DNA from: Bradymonadia bacterium
GTDB lineage: Bacteria > Myxococcota_A > Bradymonadia > UBA7976 > UBA1532
Assembly (NCBI GenBank): GCA_046290225.1
Contig: JBKAGE010000070.1
Location: 192,001-256,000, forward strand
Direction of reading: 5' to 3'
DNA length: 64,000 bases
The notes under the pieces are model-generated. The model saw only the letters and a program-made list of their open reading frames with translations, had not been told where the DNA came from and did no database searches. The position numbers and the translations under genes are program-made. How positions within the stretch are numbered: position 1 is the first letter of the stretch; every line of letters starts with the position of its first letter. This document shows, piece after piece, positions 17,645 to 26,977 of this stretch.

Positions 17645-20093
17645 TCTCGCCTTCGGCGGCGCCGTCGATGCCGGGCACCTCGGGGAGAGAGGGCAGCGCA
17701 GTGTCTTTGCCCAGGGCGGCCTCAAGGACCTGACTCATGTCTTCGGCGAGGATGAACTCCATCTGATCCCGCACGCTCTCGGGCACATCATCGAGATCAC
17801 GCCCATTGCGCACCGGCAAGATCACCCTGCTGATGCCAGCACGGTGGGCGGCGAGCACCTTCGATTTGATGCCACCCACAGGCAACACCCGACCGCGCAG
17901 TGTGACCTCACCGGTCATGGCCGTGTCGGCCCGCACGGTGCGATCAGTGAGCAGAGAGGTCAGCGCCGTGAAGATGGTCACCCCAGCAGAGGGCCCGTCT
18001 TTGGGCACAGCCCCTGCGGGCACGTGCACGTGTAGATCAAAGTCGTCGAGGGCCCCCGCGGGAATGCCCAGGGCGTCAGCGTGGCTGCGCACATAAGTCA
18101 ACGCCGCCCGGGCAGACTCCTTCATGACGTCACCGAGCTGCCCGGTGATCTGCATGCCCCCCTTCCCGGGCATCTTGCTGGTCTCGATGAACAAGATGTC
18201 ACCGCCCACCGGCGTCCAGGCGAGCCCCGTAGCCACACCGGGGATGGCCGTACGCTCGGCCACCTCGGCGGTGAACTTGGGCTTGCCCAGATGCGCGGCG
18301 AGATCGTCCGCACCCAGCGTGATGACGGGCCGCGGCGTCTCGGGGCCCACCTCGGAGCGCGCCACGGTGAGGGCCGCCGCCCGGCAGATCCGAATCAGCT
18401 CTCGCTCGAGCTGACGCACGCCTGCTTCTCGGGTGTAGCCGTCCACGATGGCCGCCAGCGCCTCGTCGGTGATCTCCAGTGCCGGGCCCAGATCAGCCTC
18501 AGGGCCCACACCGTGCGCATCGAGCTGCCGGGGCAGCAGGTGCTTGCGGGCGATCTGTACCTTCTCCTGTTGGGTGTAGCCGGAGATCTCCACGATCTCG
18601 AGGCGGTCTCGCAGAGGCGCGGAGAGTCGACCGAGATCGTTGGCGGTGCAGATGAAGAGCACCTCGCCGAGATCGAAGGGCTGCTCAAGGTAGTGATCGG
18701 TGAACACGCCGTTCTGCTCCGGGTCGAGGACCTCGAGCAGCGCCGACTCAGGTGATCCGCCGCCGAAGCTCACGCCCATCTTGTCGATCTCGTCGAGCAG
18801 CACGATGGGGTTCCGGGCCTCAGCCTTGCGCAGGCCATTGAGAATACGGCCGGGCAACGCACCGACATAGGTGCGCCGATGGCCCCGGATCTCGGCCTCG
18901 TCTCGGACGCCACCGAGGGCGATGCGCACAAAGGGACGCCCTGTGGCCTCTGCCACCGAGCGGGCGAGGCTGGTCTTGCCCACCCCAGGAGGCCCCGCCA
19001 GACACAGAATCGTGCCCCGAGGGTTCCCGGAGAGCTTGAGCACGGCCATGTGCTCCAGGATGCGCTTCTTCACATCGTCGAGGCCGGTGTGATCGGCGTC
19101 GAGACGCTGACCTACACCGTTGAGATCACCATTGAGCTCCGCCCGGGCGTTCCAGGGGAGATCAGCGACGAGCTCAAGCCACGTGCGGATCACGTTGGCC
19201 TCGGCCCCCTGAGTCGAGTCGAGGCGCTTGAGCTCCCGCTCCACGGCCTTCATGACCTCTGCAGGGGGATCAGCCTCTTCGATGCGCGCCCGCAGCCGGT
19301 CGACCTCCGAGCCGTCTTCGTCGCCGCCCTCGCCGAGCTCCTTCTTGATGGCCTTGAGCTGCTGACGGAGGATCGCCTCGCGCTGCTGCCGGTTGAAGGC
19401 TGTGCGCACGCTCTTCTCGATTCGGCTCTTCACATCGCTCGACGCCAGGATCTCTCCAGCGAGGCGAGAGACCCTGTCGAGTCGATCGTTCACGTCGAGG
19501 GTGAGCAGCAACGCCACGGCCTGAGACTGGGTCAGGTCGAGCGCTGCGGCGACGGCGTCGGAGAAGGTGTCCGGGTCGAGCTCCCCCTGGTTGTTCTCGA
19601 TGACCTGGCTCATGGCGTGATCTTCGTCGAATCGCAGAGCCTCGAGCTCACTCCGCAACGCCTCGGCCTTGAGCCTGACCTCGCTGGATCCCGCCGAGGG
19701 GCTCTCGAGGGGCTCGCCGAATGCACGCCAGTAGGGCTCCACCCTCTCGAGCTGGTTGAGGGCGAAGCGCTTGATGCCCACGAGGGTGACCTGAAAGACC
19801 CCCTCGCTCACCTGCAGAATTTTGAGCACGTGAGCGTAGGTGCCCACAGGGTGCAAATCAGCGAGGCCCGGGGCGTTGATGTGCGGGTCGCGCTGAACGG
19901 CCACCCCGATGATGCTCGGGGTGGCCTCGTCCGGATCTCGACGGCGCTGTTCGAGCAACGCCCGGACCAACGCAGCAGATCGTTTTCGGCCGGCAGTGAC
20001 CGTGATCACACGACCGGGAAGCAGGGCGCCGCTGCGCAGGGGCAGAACGGGGAAGGCGGTGTCGCCGTGGGGCAGATGTGCTTTGATTTCCAT
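17625..20093 (-). CDS. lon: ATP-dependent Lon protease
   Basis: N-domain FPVLPLR; GPPGVGKTS, RGHRRTYVGA, LLDEIDK; catalytic PKDGPSAG and GGIKSK. Start ATG 20093 with GGAG RBS; the ORF-track extension to 21599 is spurious. Confidence 0.97.
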   Translation of the reverse strand: MEIKAHLPHGDTAFPVLPLRSGALLPGRVITVTAGRKRSAALVRALLEQRRRDPDEATPSIIGVAVQRDPHINAPGLADLHPVGTYAHVLKILQVSEGVFQVTLVGIKRFALNQLERVEPYWRAFGEPLESPSAGSSEVRLKAEALRSELEALRFDEDHAMSQVIENNQGELDPDTFSDAVAAALDLTQSQAVALLLTLDVNDRLDRVSRLAGEILASSDVKSRIEKSVRTAFNRQQREAILRQQLKAIKKELGEGGDEDGSEVDRLRARIEEADPPAEVMKAVERELKRLDSTQGAEANVIRTWLELVADLPWNARAELNGDLNGVGQRLDADHTGLDDVKKRILEHMAVLKLSGNPRGTILCLAGPPGVGKTSLARSVAEATGRPFVRIALGGVRDEAEIRGHRRTYVGALPGRILNGLRKAEARNPIVLLDEIDKMGVSFGGGSPESALLEVLDPEQNGVFTDHYLEQPFDLGEVLFICTANDLGRLSAPLRDRLEIVEISGYTQQEKVQIARKHLLPRQLDAHGVGPEADLGPALEITDEALAAIVDGYTREAGVRQLERELIRICRAAALTVARSEVGPETPRPVITLGADDLAAHLGKPKFTAEVAERTAIPGVATGLAWTPVGGDILFIETSKMPGKGGMQITGQLGDVMKESARAALTYVRSHADALGIPAGALDDFDLHVHVPAGAVPKDGPSAGVTIFTALTSLLTDRTVRADTAMTGEVTLRGRVLPVGGIKSKVLAAHRAGISRVILPVRNGRDLDDVPESVRDQMEFILAEDMSQVLEAALGKDTALPSLPEVPGIDGAAEGEIIAAGR

Positions 20094-20136
20094 CGAGTGC
20101 GTCTCCATGTGTGGTGTCTGTGAAGCGAGTAAGTGA

Positions 20137-20182
20137 AAGCTAAAATCCAAATGAGGGCCGTCAAGAGAGCGGCATCTCTCTT
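20137..20182 (-). promoter_or_regulatory. Candidate lon promoter (TTGACG-16-TAGCTT) with overlapping AAGAGAG-N6-CTCTCTT inverted repeat
   Basis: Minus-strand -35 at 20159-20164 and -10 at 20137-20142; palindrome 20163-20182. Confidence 0.4.
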
Positions 20183-20226
20183 TTTTAAAACCCCCTAAGG
20201 GGGTTGCTTGTTTCAGTTTTTCTTCA

Positions 20227-20310
20227 GAGCCTGCCCTTCGGGCGGGGCTCCGCTCCTTCGGCTTCGCCTCCGTCGACTCCGCCCCGTTCGGCCACAGGCC
20301 GAACAGGCTC
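20227..20310. repeat. 84-bp structured REP/MITE-like element, copy 1
   Basis: Terminal inverted repeat GAGCCTG...CAGGCTC; its reverse complement matches 42689-42772 at 74 of 84 positions (manual alignment). Confidence 0.85.
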
Positions 20311-20381
20311 GCGCCCTGAGGGCGCTTTCTGGCATTACTCCCCCGACGTTGCCTGCCGATACAGAGGGCCTGGAGCCACTC

Positions 20382-22595
20382 ATGAAGTTCTGTGTGATGA
20401 CTCGATCTCTGCGCCTGCCCGCGCTCAGCTTGCTGGTCTGTAGCTGGCCTCTCATGGCCCTCAGCCAGGATCGCCCGCCCATTCCGCCAGAGGGTCCGCG
20501 CAAGCAGGGCCTGGCCATCCCACTCGGCGACGCCGAGATCACCCTCGACGGGCGGCTCGACGAGGCCATCTGGCAAAAAGCCGCCCCACTGCGGGACTTC
20601 GAAGAGCGGGTCCCCGTCGCTCGACGGGCCCCACCAGCAGACACCGAGATTCGGGTGCTCTACGGCGACGATGCGCTCTACGTCGGCGCTCGGATGTACC
20701 TCATGGCGGGCGATACCCCACGGGCCTACGAGCTGCGGCGAGACGCCGGGCGCATCTTCAGCGACGACGCCATCTCCCTGAAGTTCGACGTGCGGCAGGA
20801 CTTTCGCACCGTGCTCGGCTTCGCCGTGAACCCCGGCGGGGCCCAGCTCGACTACATCGCCCTCGACAACGGGCAGTCGTTCCGCACCGAGTACGACATG
20901 GTCTGGGACTCGGCCACCGCCCGAGAGAAGGATGCCTGGACCGCGGAGTTCCGCATCCCGTACGTGGCCCTGGGCGGCGTGCCTGAGAGCGCCCGAGTCA
21001 TCGGCTTCAACGCCACCCGAGATCACAACGCCCGCAACGCCACCGACGACTGGGCCCACATGCCCCCGGAGTTCGGTGCGGTCTCCGCTCTGCACTTCGG
21101 CGAGCTCAAGGGTGTGCCTGGCAGCGGCGCCGGGCAGCCTCTCGCTGTGACGCCGTATGTGCTCGTCACTGATCCCGGTGTGGAAGATCACCCCTTGCCA
21201 GGGCGTTTCCGTGTGGGGGGTGATGCCCGCTTGAGCTTGTCGGACCAGACGTGGCTCGAGCTCACCGCCCTCACCGACTTCGCCCAGGTCGACCTCGACG
21301 ACACCCTCATCAACCTCGACCGGTTCCCGCTGTTCTTCCCCGAGCGTCGGCCCTTCTTCATCAACGGCCTCGACGTCTTCGACTTTGGTCTGAGGGGCAC
21401 CGCGCAGCTGTTCTTCTCCCGACGCATCGGCCTCGACGCCAATGGTGACGAGGTGCCGCTCTACGGCGGCCTCAAACTCTTCGGGCGAGAGGGCAAGGTG
21501 CGTTACGGGCTGCTCAACGCGGTCACCGCGGAGACCGAAGAGGTGGGCGCCGCGAACTGGTCCGTGGGCCGAGCCCGAGTAGAGGTGGGCGACGGCCACA
21601 TTGGGGTGTTGGCGGTCTCACGGCAGTTCCTCGGCGAGGGCCCCGACGCCTCAGGACAACCGGCGCCACACGTGGGCGCCGGGCTCGACTTCAGGCAGCG
21701 AGCCTTCGACACCCGCCTCGAGGTGGAAGGCTTCGGCGCAGTCACCGCCACCACCGACAACGAGGGCCCCGCACCCGGCGCCGTGGCCCGAGGGGGGGTG
21801 CGCTGGCGCGGTCGCAACTTCAGGCCCCGGCTGAGCACCCTGCTCATCACCGACACCTTCGACCCGGAGGTGGGCTTCGTGTTCCGTCGAGGGGTGGTGC
21901 AGAACGAGGCTCGGATGGCCTGGGTGCACTGGACCGAGGCCCTCGGTCTGCAGCGCTTCACCGTGAGCACCTCGGGGCAGACCCAGCACACCGACGAGCT
22001 CGATCAGGTGCTGCTCAAGAGCGCCAACCTCTGGTTCGACGCCATCTGGCAGAGCAACTGGGGCGTAGAAGCCGCTGCGGACTACGTGGAAGACGTGGTG
22101 CTCACTGACTTCGAGCTCGCCGGTCGCACCGTGCGGGCGGGGACCTACTCAGGCCCTCAGGCCTACTTCGGCTTCTACTCACCCTCCACCCGCAACCCCG
22201 GCATCAACGCCAGCTACCGCCACGTAGATGGCTTCTTCGGCGGTACCCGGGACACCTTCAGCGGCGGCGCTCGGCTCTACCTGAGCAACCTCGTAGGCCT
22301 CAACGCCAGCATCAACTACTCGCGGATCGACTTGCCAGACCATGATCCGTTCACCACCTTGGGCCTCAACAGCCAGCTCACCCTCACCCCCTCGCCTACC
22401 CTGTCGTTGGACACGGTGGGCCAAGTGAACACGGTGAGCGAAGAGCTCATCGCTCAGGTGCGGCTGAGGTGGCGCTACCTCGCCGGGAGCGACCTCTTCC
22501 TCGTGTACCGCGAGCGCTATGACTACGAGGAGGACGTCTCCGAAGATCGGCGCGTCACGCTCAAGGCCACATGGCGAACGGACATGCTTTTGTGA
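20382..22595 (+). CDS. Secreted/outer-membrane protein with CBM9-like N-domain and DUF5916-like region
   Basis: ITLDGRLDEAIW, WTAEFRIPY, DFAQVDLD...RFPLFFPERRPFF, LFFSRRIG; C-terminal beta-strands; GGAG RBS before ATG 20382. Confidence 0.8.
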   Translation: MKFCVMTRSLRLPALSLLVCSWPLMALSQDRPPIPPEGPRKQGLAIPLGDAEITLDGRLDEAIWQKAAPLRDFEERVPVARRAPPADTEIRVLYGDDALYVGARMYLMAGDTPRAYELRRDAGRIFSDDAISLKFDVRQDFRTVLGFAVNPGGAQLDYIALDNGQSFRTEYDMVWDSATAREKDAWTAEFRIPYVALGGVPESARVIGFNATRDHNARNATDDWAHMPPEFGAVSALHFGELKGVPGSGAGQPLAVTPYVLVTDPGVEDHPLPGRFRVGGDARLSLSDQTWLELTALTDFAQVDLDDTLINLDRFPLFFPERRPFFINGLDVFDFGLRGTAQLFFSRRIGLDANGDEVPLYGGLKLFGREGKVRYGLLNAVTAETEEVGAANWSVGRARVEVGDGHIGVLAVSRQFLGEGPDASGQPAPHVGAGLDFRQRAFDTRLEVEGFGAVTATTDNEGPAPGAVARGGVRWRGRNFRPRLSTLLITDTFDPEVGFVFRRGVVQNEARMAWVHWTEALGLQRFTVSTSGQTQHTDELDQVLLKSANLWFDAIWQSNWGVEAAADYVEDVVLTDFELAGRTVRAGTYSGPQAYFGFYSPSTRNPGINASYRHVDGFFGGTRDTFSGGARLYLSNLVGLNASINYSRIDLPDHDPFTTLGLNSQLTLTPSPTLSLDTVGQVNTVSEELIAQVRLRWRYLAGSDLFLVYRERYDYEEDVSEDRRVTLKATWRTDMLL

Positions 22596-24385
22596 ACGCC
22601 TCCCCTGCAACGCCCTCTACTTCGGGGCTCGCCTCCGAGCCTGTGGTGGAGCCCAGCACCTGGGCCTCGCTCAAGCGCATCATGCGCCTCGCCCGGCCAG
22701 AGCTGAGGCTGTTGGCGCTGGCCACCGTAGCTTTGCTCTTCAGCGCCGGGCTCAACCTCGCATATCCCCGCATCGTGGGCCTCATCATAGACTCGGTGAA
22801 GCAGAGCGCCGGTACGGCTCTCGACAGCTACGCTCTGATTTTGCTGGTGCTCTTTGCCGTGGGCTCGGTCTTCACCGCCCTGCGCTCGTACTGGTTCACC
22901 GTCGCCGGTGAGCGCGTGGTGATGCGCCTGCGTCGCCACCTGTACGAGAGCCTCATCGGCCAGGACATCGGTTTCTTCGATCACCACCGCACCGGCGAGT
23001 TGACCAATCGCCTCGCTGCAGACACCACGGTGGTGCAGAACGCCGCCACAGTGAACTTGTCGATGCTACTGCGCTTCAGCCTCACCGCCGTCGGCTCGGT
23101 GGGCATCATGCTCACCATCTCGTGGCGCCTGACCCTGGTGATGTTGGCGCTCGTACCTGTGGCCGTGGGCGGCGCCCTGGTTTACGGCCGCATCGTGAAG
23201 CGCCTCTCGCGTCAAGTACAAGACGCCCAGGCGCGGTCGACGGAGGTCGCCGAGGAGACCCTCGCAGGCATCCGCACGGTGCGGGCCTTCGCCCGAGAGC
23301 CCGTAGAGGCGGATCGCTACGGCGCCCGGGTGAACGACGCCTTCGAGCTGGCCCGGGAGCGGGCCCGGGTGGCGGCGTGGTTCGGTGGCATCGCCGGCTT
23401 CGCGGGCTACGGCGCCGTGGGCGGGGTGCTCTGGTACGGGGGCATCTTGCTCGCGGACCCCACCAGCGGCCTCACGGTAGGCGATCTCACAAGCTTCATG
23501 ATCTACACCTTCGCCGTAGCGGTGGCCATCGGCACCCTGGGCACGGTCTGGCAAGATTTCATGCGGGCCATCGGCGCCAGCGAGCGGGTCTTCGAACTCA
23601 TCGACGCAGCGCCCCCAGCTCAAACAGACGGTCAAACGCTGGCGCAAGTCGACGGCCGTGTAGCCCTGTCGAGCGTGGACTTCGCCTACCCCACTCGCCC
23701 GGATCGCCAGGTCCTCCACAATGTCAGCCTGAATCTCGATCCTGGTGAAGTGGTGGCTCTCGTAGGCCCTTCCGGTGGCGGTAAGAGCACGGTGGCCACG
23801 CTGCTGGCCCGCTTCTACGAGCCCACCGCCGGCGCCCTCACCCTCGACGGCCACGATCTGCGCGCCCTCGACCCGCACTGGCTGCGCCAACAGATCGGCG
23901 GCGTGGCCCAGGAGCCGATGCTCTTCGCCGCGAGCATCGCTGACAACATCCGCTACGGCGCCCTCACGGCCACGGACGACGAGGTCCGCGCCGCGGCGCA
24001 GGCGGCAAACGCCGAGAGCTTCATCGACGACTTCCCCGAAGGCTTCGACACTCAGGTGGGCGAGCGCGGGGTGCAGCTCTCAGGAGGCCAGAAGCAACGG
24101 GTGGCCATCGCCCGGGCCCTGCTGAAGGATCCGAAGGTGCTGGTCCTCGACGAGGCGACGAGCGCCCTCGACGCCGAGTCTGAGCACTTGGTGCAAAAGG
24201 CCCTCGAGGTGCTGATGCAAGGACGCACGACGCTGGTGATCGCCCACCGACTCTCGACGGTCCGCTCAGCGGATCGGGTGGTGGTGATCGATGGGGGTCG
24301 TGTGGTGCAGCAAGGCAGCCATGAGGCGCTGATGGATGAAGGTGGGCTCTATCGGCAGCTGGTGGAGCGGAGCATGGTGGAATAG
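22592..24385 (+). CDS. ABC exporter, fused permease + ATP-binding (MsbA/ABCB-like half transporter)
   Basis: Hydrophobic TM region, GPSGGGKST, LSGGQKQR, LDEATSALD, IAHRLST; GTGA overlap with upstream gene (alternative ATG 22571). Confidence 0.93.
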   Translation: MNASPATPSTSGLASEPVVEPSTWASLKRIMRLARPELRLLALATVALLFSAGLNLAYPRIVGLIIDSVKQSAGTALDSYALILLVLFAVGSVFTALRSYWFTVAGERVVMRLRRHLYESLIGQDIGFFDHHRTGELTNRLAADTTVVQNAATVNLSMLLRFSLTAVGSVGIMLTISWRLTLVMLALVPVAVGGALVYGRIVKRLSRQVQDAQARSTEVAEETLAGIRTVRAFAREPVEADRYGARVNDAFELARERARVAAWFGGIAGFAGYGAVGGVLWYGGILLADPTSGLTVGDLTSFMIYTFAVAVAIGTLGTVWQDFMRAIGASERVFELIDAAPPAQTDGQTLAQVDGRVALSSVDFAYPTRPDRQVLHNVSLNLDPGEVVALVGPSGGGKSTVATLLARFYEPTAGALTLDGHDLRALDPHWLRQQIGGVAQEPMLFAASIADNIRYGALTATDDEVRAAAQAANAESFIDDFPEGFDTQVGERGVQLSGGQKQRVAIARALLKDPKVLVLDEATSALDAESEHLVQKALEVLMQGRTTLVIAHRLSTVRSADRVVVIDGGRVVQQGSHEALMDEGGLYRQLVERSMVE

Positions 24386-24407
24386 TCGGTGTTGTTGCTC
24401 GATTGAT

Positions 24408-24746
24408 ACTCGCTCCGCGGGTAAGAGAGTTTTTCGGGCACGGGCACGGGCACGGGCACGGGCACGAGTTGATACATACTCTGACTCGTGGTCCTTCCTG
24501 GATTCAGGACACTGGCTGAAATTGAAGCTGAGATGATGTGTTGCAGAACGACCTGAGAGTTCAGGTCTTGGGGTGTATGGAGGTCAAAACCTCCAATGAG
24601 AGACACATGGGGCTGAGTAGAGCCTCCACCATCACAACGCTATGAGCAGAGTCATGCAGGGCCACGGGTCAAAGGTCGAATCAACTCGTGCCCGTGCCCG
24701 TGCCCGTGCCCGTGCCCGAAAAACTCTCTTTGCGAGCGGAGCGAGT
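24408..24746. repeat. Long fold-back element with 51-bp perfect inverted repeats containing (GGGCAC)5
   Basis: 24423-24473 is the exact reverse complement of 24680-24730; outer ACTCGCTCCGC arms at 24408-24418 and 24736-24746; imperfect inner extension. Confidence 0.92.
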
Positions 24747-25700
24747 CTACGGCACCTGCCCCCAACCACCATCACACTCCCCCCCGGGCAACTCATCATC
24801 AGTGACTTGCGCCGCCCACAGCGTCTCCACCTGACTCTCCGGCCCTGAATACGGATCCCACACCTGGCCATCCGGATCGTCCACCTCGAAGTGCAGGTGC
24901 GGGCTTGAGGAGTAGCCGCTTGACCCGATCAGGCCCAGCGGCGCCCCACAGGGCACCTCGTCCCCCTCCTCTACCAGGATCGAGTCCTTCTTCAGATGGA
25001 AGTACCAGCTCGTCCAGCCGTTGGCGTGGCGCAGGCCCACGAAGTTGGGGCGGATCGGATTGCCGTCGCAGCTCACGTCGAAGTTCACCAGATCAGCGTG
25101 ACAGCGGTCGTAGTTGCCATCGACCACACGGATCACCTCACCGCCCGCAGCGGCGACCACCGTGGCCGAGCCATCGTCCATCTGCCGAAAACCGCCGGCG
25201 AGGATGAAGTCGGTGCCGTCGTGACCTGCGTAGCACCCAGGGAACGCGCGGCCCTCATGATTGATGCACTCAGTGCGGATGTTCGACTCCATGGGCAGGT
25301 GGTCCACCCCGATGACGAACTGCGCCCGGATCAGCTCACGCTGCTCCACGGGCATGGCGAAGCGCGGCAGCTCGTCGGGCCCGGGCAGAGGCACAGGCTC
25401 TACCGGCTCACCCCCCATGGGCGCACCACCTGATCCACCTTCGACCATGCCGCCCATGGGCGCTCCACCCACTGGCATACCGCCGACGGGGGCCCCACCG
25501 CTGCCCCCCATGGGCAGGCCGCCTGTGGGTGTCCCACCAGCACCTCCCTCGGGCTCGGCGCCACCAGCGCCTTCACCCCCAGAGCCAGCGACCGCCACCG
25601 GCATCGAAGATGTGCTCGTGCCGTCGTCACACCCCAGCACCAGCCCGCCGATCAGGCAGGCGCTATAGAAGCAGTTGAGCCTCAGGATTGTGTGGGTCAT
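24747..25700 (-). CDS. M23-family metallopeptidase lipoprotein
   Basis: LVLGC lipobox, Gly/Pro linker, HDGTD, YFHL, GSSGYSSSPHLHFEV; GGAGGAG RBS before ATG 25700. Confidence 0.9.
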   Translation of the reverse strand: MTHTILRLNCFYSACLIGGLVLGCDDGTSTSSMPVAVAGSGGEGAGGAEPEGGAGGTPTGGLPMGGSGGAPVGGMPVGGAPMGGMVEGGSGGAPMGGEPVEPVPLPGPDELPRFAMPVEQRELIRAQFVIGVDHLPMESNIRTECINHEGRAFPGCYAGHDGTDFILAGGFRQMDDGSATVVAAAGGEVIRVVDGNYDRCHADLVNFDVSCDGNPIRPNFVGLRHANGWTSWYFHLKKDSILVEEGDEVPCGAPLGLIGSSGYSSSPHLHFEVDDPDGQVWDPYSGPESQVETLWAAQVTDDELPGGECDGGWGQVP

Positions 25701-25859
25701 GTGCTTCTCCTCCTCAAAGTCGTTCCCAGGGTAGAGCAATGACTACGGTTGATGCATACCCCTTCAGCGTTCCGCGCCATCGCTCTGGCCTGCGGCCATC
25801 GCCTGTGCCAACGTGATCATCCATCACCACAGCCCCCATCACGACATTGGAGCCCGCCC

Positions 25860-26969
25860 ATGAGTCACCGGCACATCGGCATCCTCACCAGCGGGGGCGA
25901 CGCCCCAGGCATGAACGCCGCGATCCGCACCGCCACCCTCGTGGCCCTGTCGCAGGGGTGCACCGTCTCCGGCATCGAGCGGGGTTATCGCGGCCTCATC
26001 GACGGCCAGTTCCGGGCGCTGCAGCCCGGTGATGTCGCTGGCATCATCCGCGATGGCGGCACGATCCTCGGCTCTGCCCGGGCCCCGGAGTTCGCCCAGC
26101 CCGAGGTGAGGGTGGCGGCGCGGCGGCAGCTGCACGAGGCAGGCATCACTGGCCTCGTCATCATCGGTGGCAACGGCTCTCTCACCGGCGCCCTCGCCCT
26201 GGCCAACGCCGACGAGGCCCAGCCCGGCGCGCCGGCGCCCACCATCACCGGCATCCCCGCCTCCATCGACAACGACATGGGGTGCACGCAGCTCTCCATC
26301 GGCGTCGACACCGCCATGAACACCATCGTCGAGGCCTGCGACAAGCTCGCCGACACCGCCTCGGCACATCATCGGGCCTTCATCGTCGAGGTCATGGGCC
26401 GCGCCTGTGGCTACCTCGCCATGACCTCTGCCGTGGCCACTGGCGCCAACGCAGTGTTCTTCCGGGAGTTCGAGCAGAGCGAAGATGAGGTGGTGGATAC
26501 GCTTGAGAAGGCCGTGGTCCGGGCGAGCCAGCGCACCGACCGCCCCAAGCGGGCCCTGGCCATCAAAGCCGAGGGGGTGAGCGTGCCGACCGACCGGCTG
26601 AAGGCCCGCCTCGACGAGCGCCTCAAGGCCCGCGACGACGAGTCATCGGCCATGGAAACCCGCTACAGCATCCTCGGCCACGTGGTCCGCGGTGGACGAC
26701 CTTCAGCCTTCGACCGCCTGCTCGCCAGCCGCATGGGCCACGTGGCTGCCCGCAGCCTCATCGATGGTGGCAACTGCGTGATGACCGGGTGGATGTCCGA
26801 AGGGATCCCCCCAGAGGCAGGTGGGCGCTCCCCATACGATCCGCACGTGTGGCAGATCGATCTGGCCACTGCGCTCAAGGAGACCGAGCGACTGCTCAGT
26901 GGCGAAAGCGATCACGTGAAATGGCGCGTGAAGATCTTCCGTGAGTTGGAGGATGTGCTGGCGTTATAA
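25860..26969 (+). CDS. pfkA: 6-phosphofructokinase
   Basis: IGILTSGGDAPGMNAAIR, GGTILGSAR, GGNGS, SIDND, VEVMGR, LGHVVRGG; GGAG RBS. Confidence 0.93.
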   Translation: MSHRHIGILTSGGDAPGMNAAIRTATLVALSQGCTVSGIERGYRGLIDGQFRALQPGDVAGIIRDGGTILGSARAPEFAQPEVRVAARRQLHEAGITGLVIIGGNGSLTGALALANADEAQPGAPAPTITGIPASIDNDMGCTQLSIGVDTAMNTIVEACDKLADTASAHHRAFIVEVMGRACGYLAMTSAVATGANAVFFREFEQSEDEVVDTLEKAVVRASQRTDRPKRALAIKAEGVSVPTDRLKARLDERLKARDDESSAMETRYSILGHVVRGGRPSAFDRLLASRMGHVAARSLIDGGNCVMTGWMSEGIPPEAGGRSPYDPHVWQIDLATALKETERLLSGESDHVKWRVKIFRELEDVLAL

Positions 26970-26977
26970 CGGCACAC

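Noticed and set aside
20094..21599. Apparent 500-aa N-terminal extension of Lon
   Set aside because: Antisense to the CBM9/DUF5916 gene and runs through the promoter and repeat region; Lon homology starts near 20093, which has an RBS.
24336..24848. Short ORFs encoding RARARA / VPVPVP tracts
   Set aside because: These are translations of the (GGGCAC)5 arms of the inverted repeat, with no RBS or coding signature.
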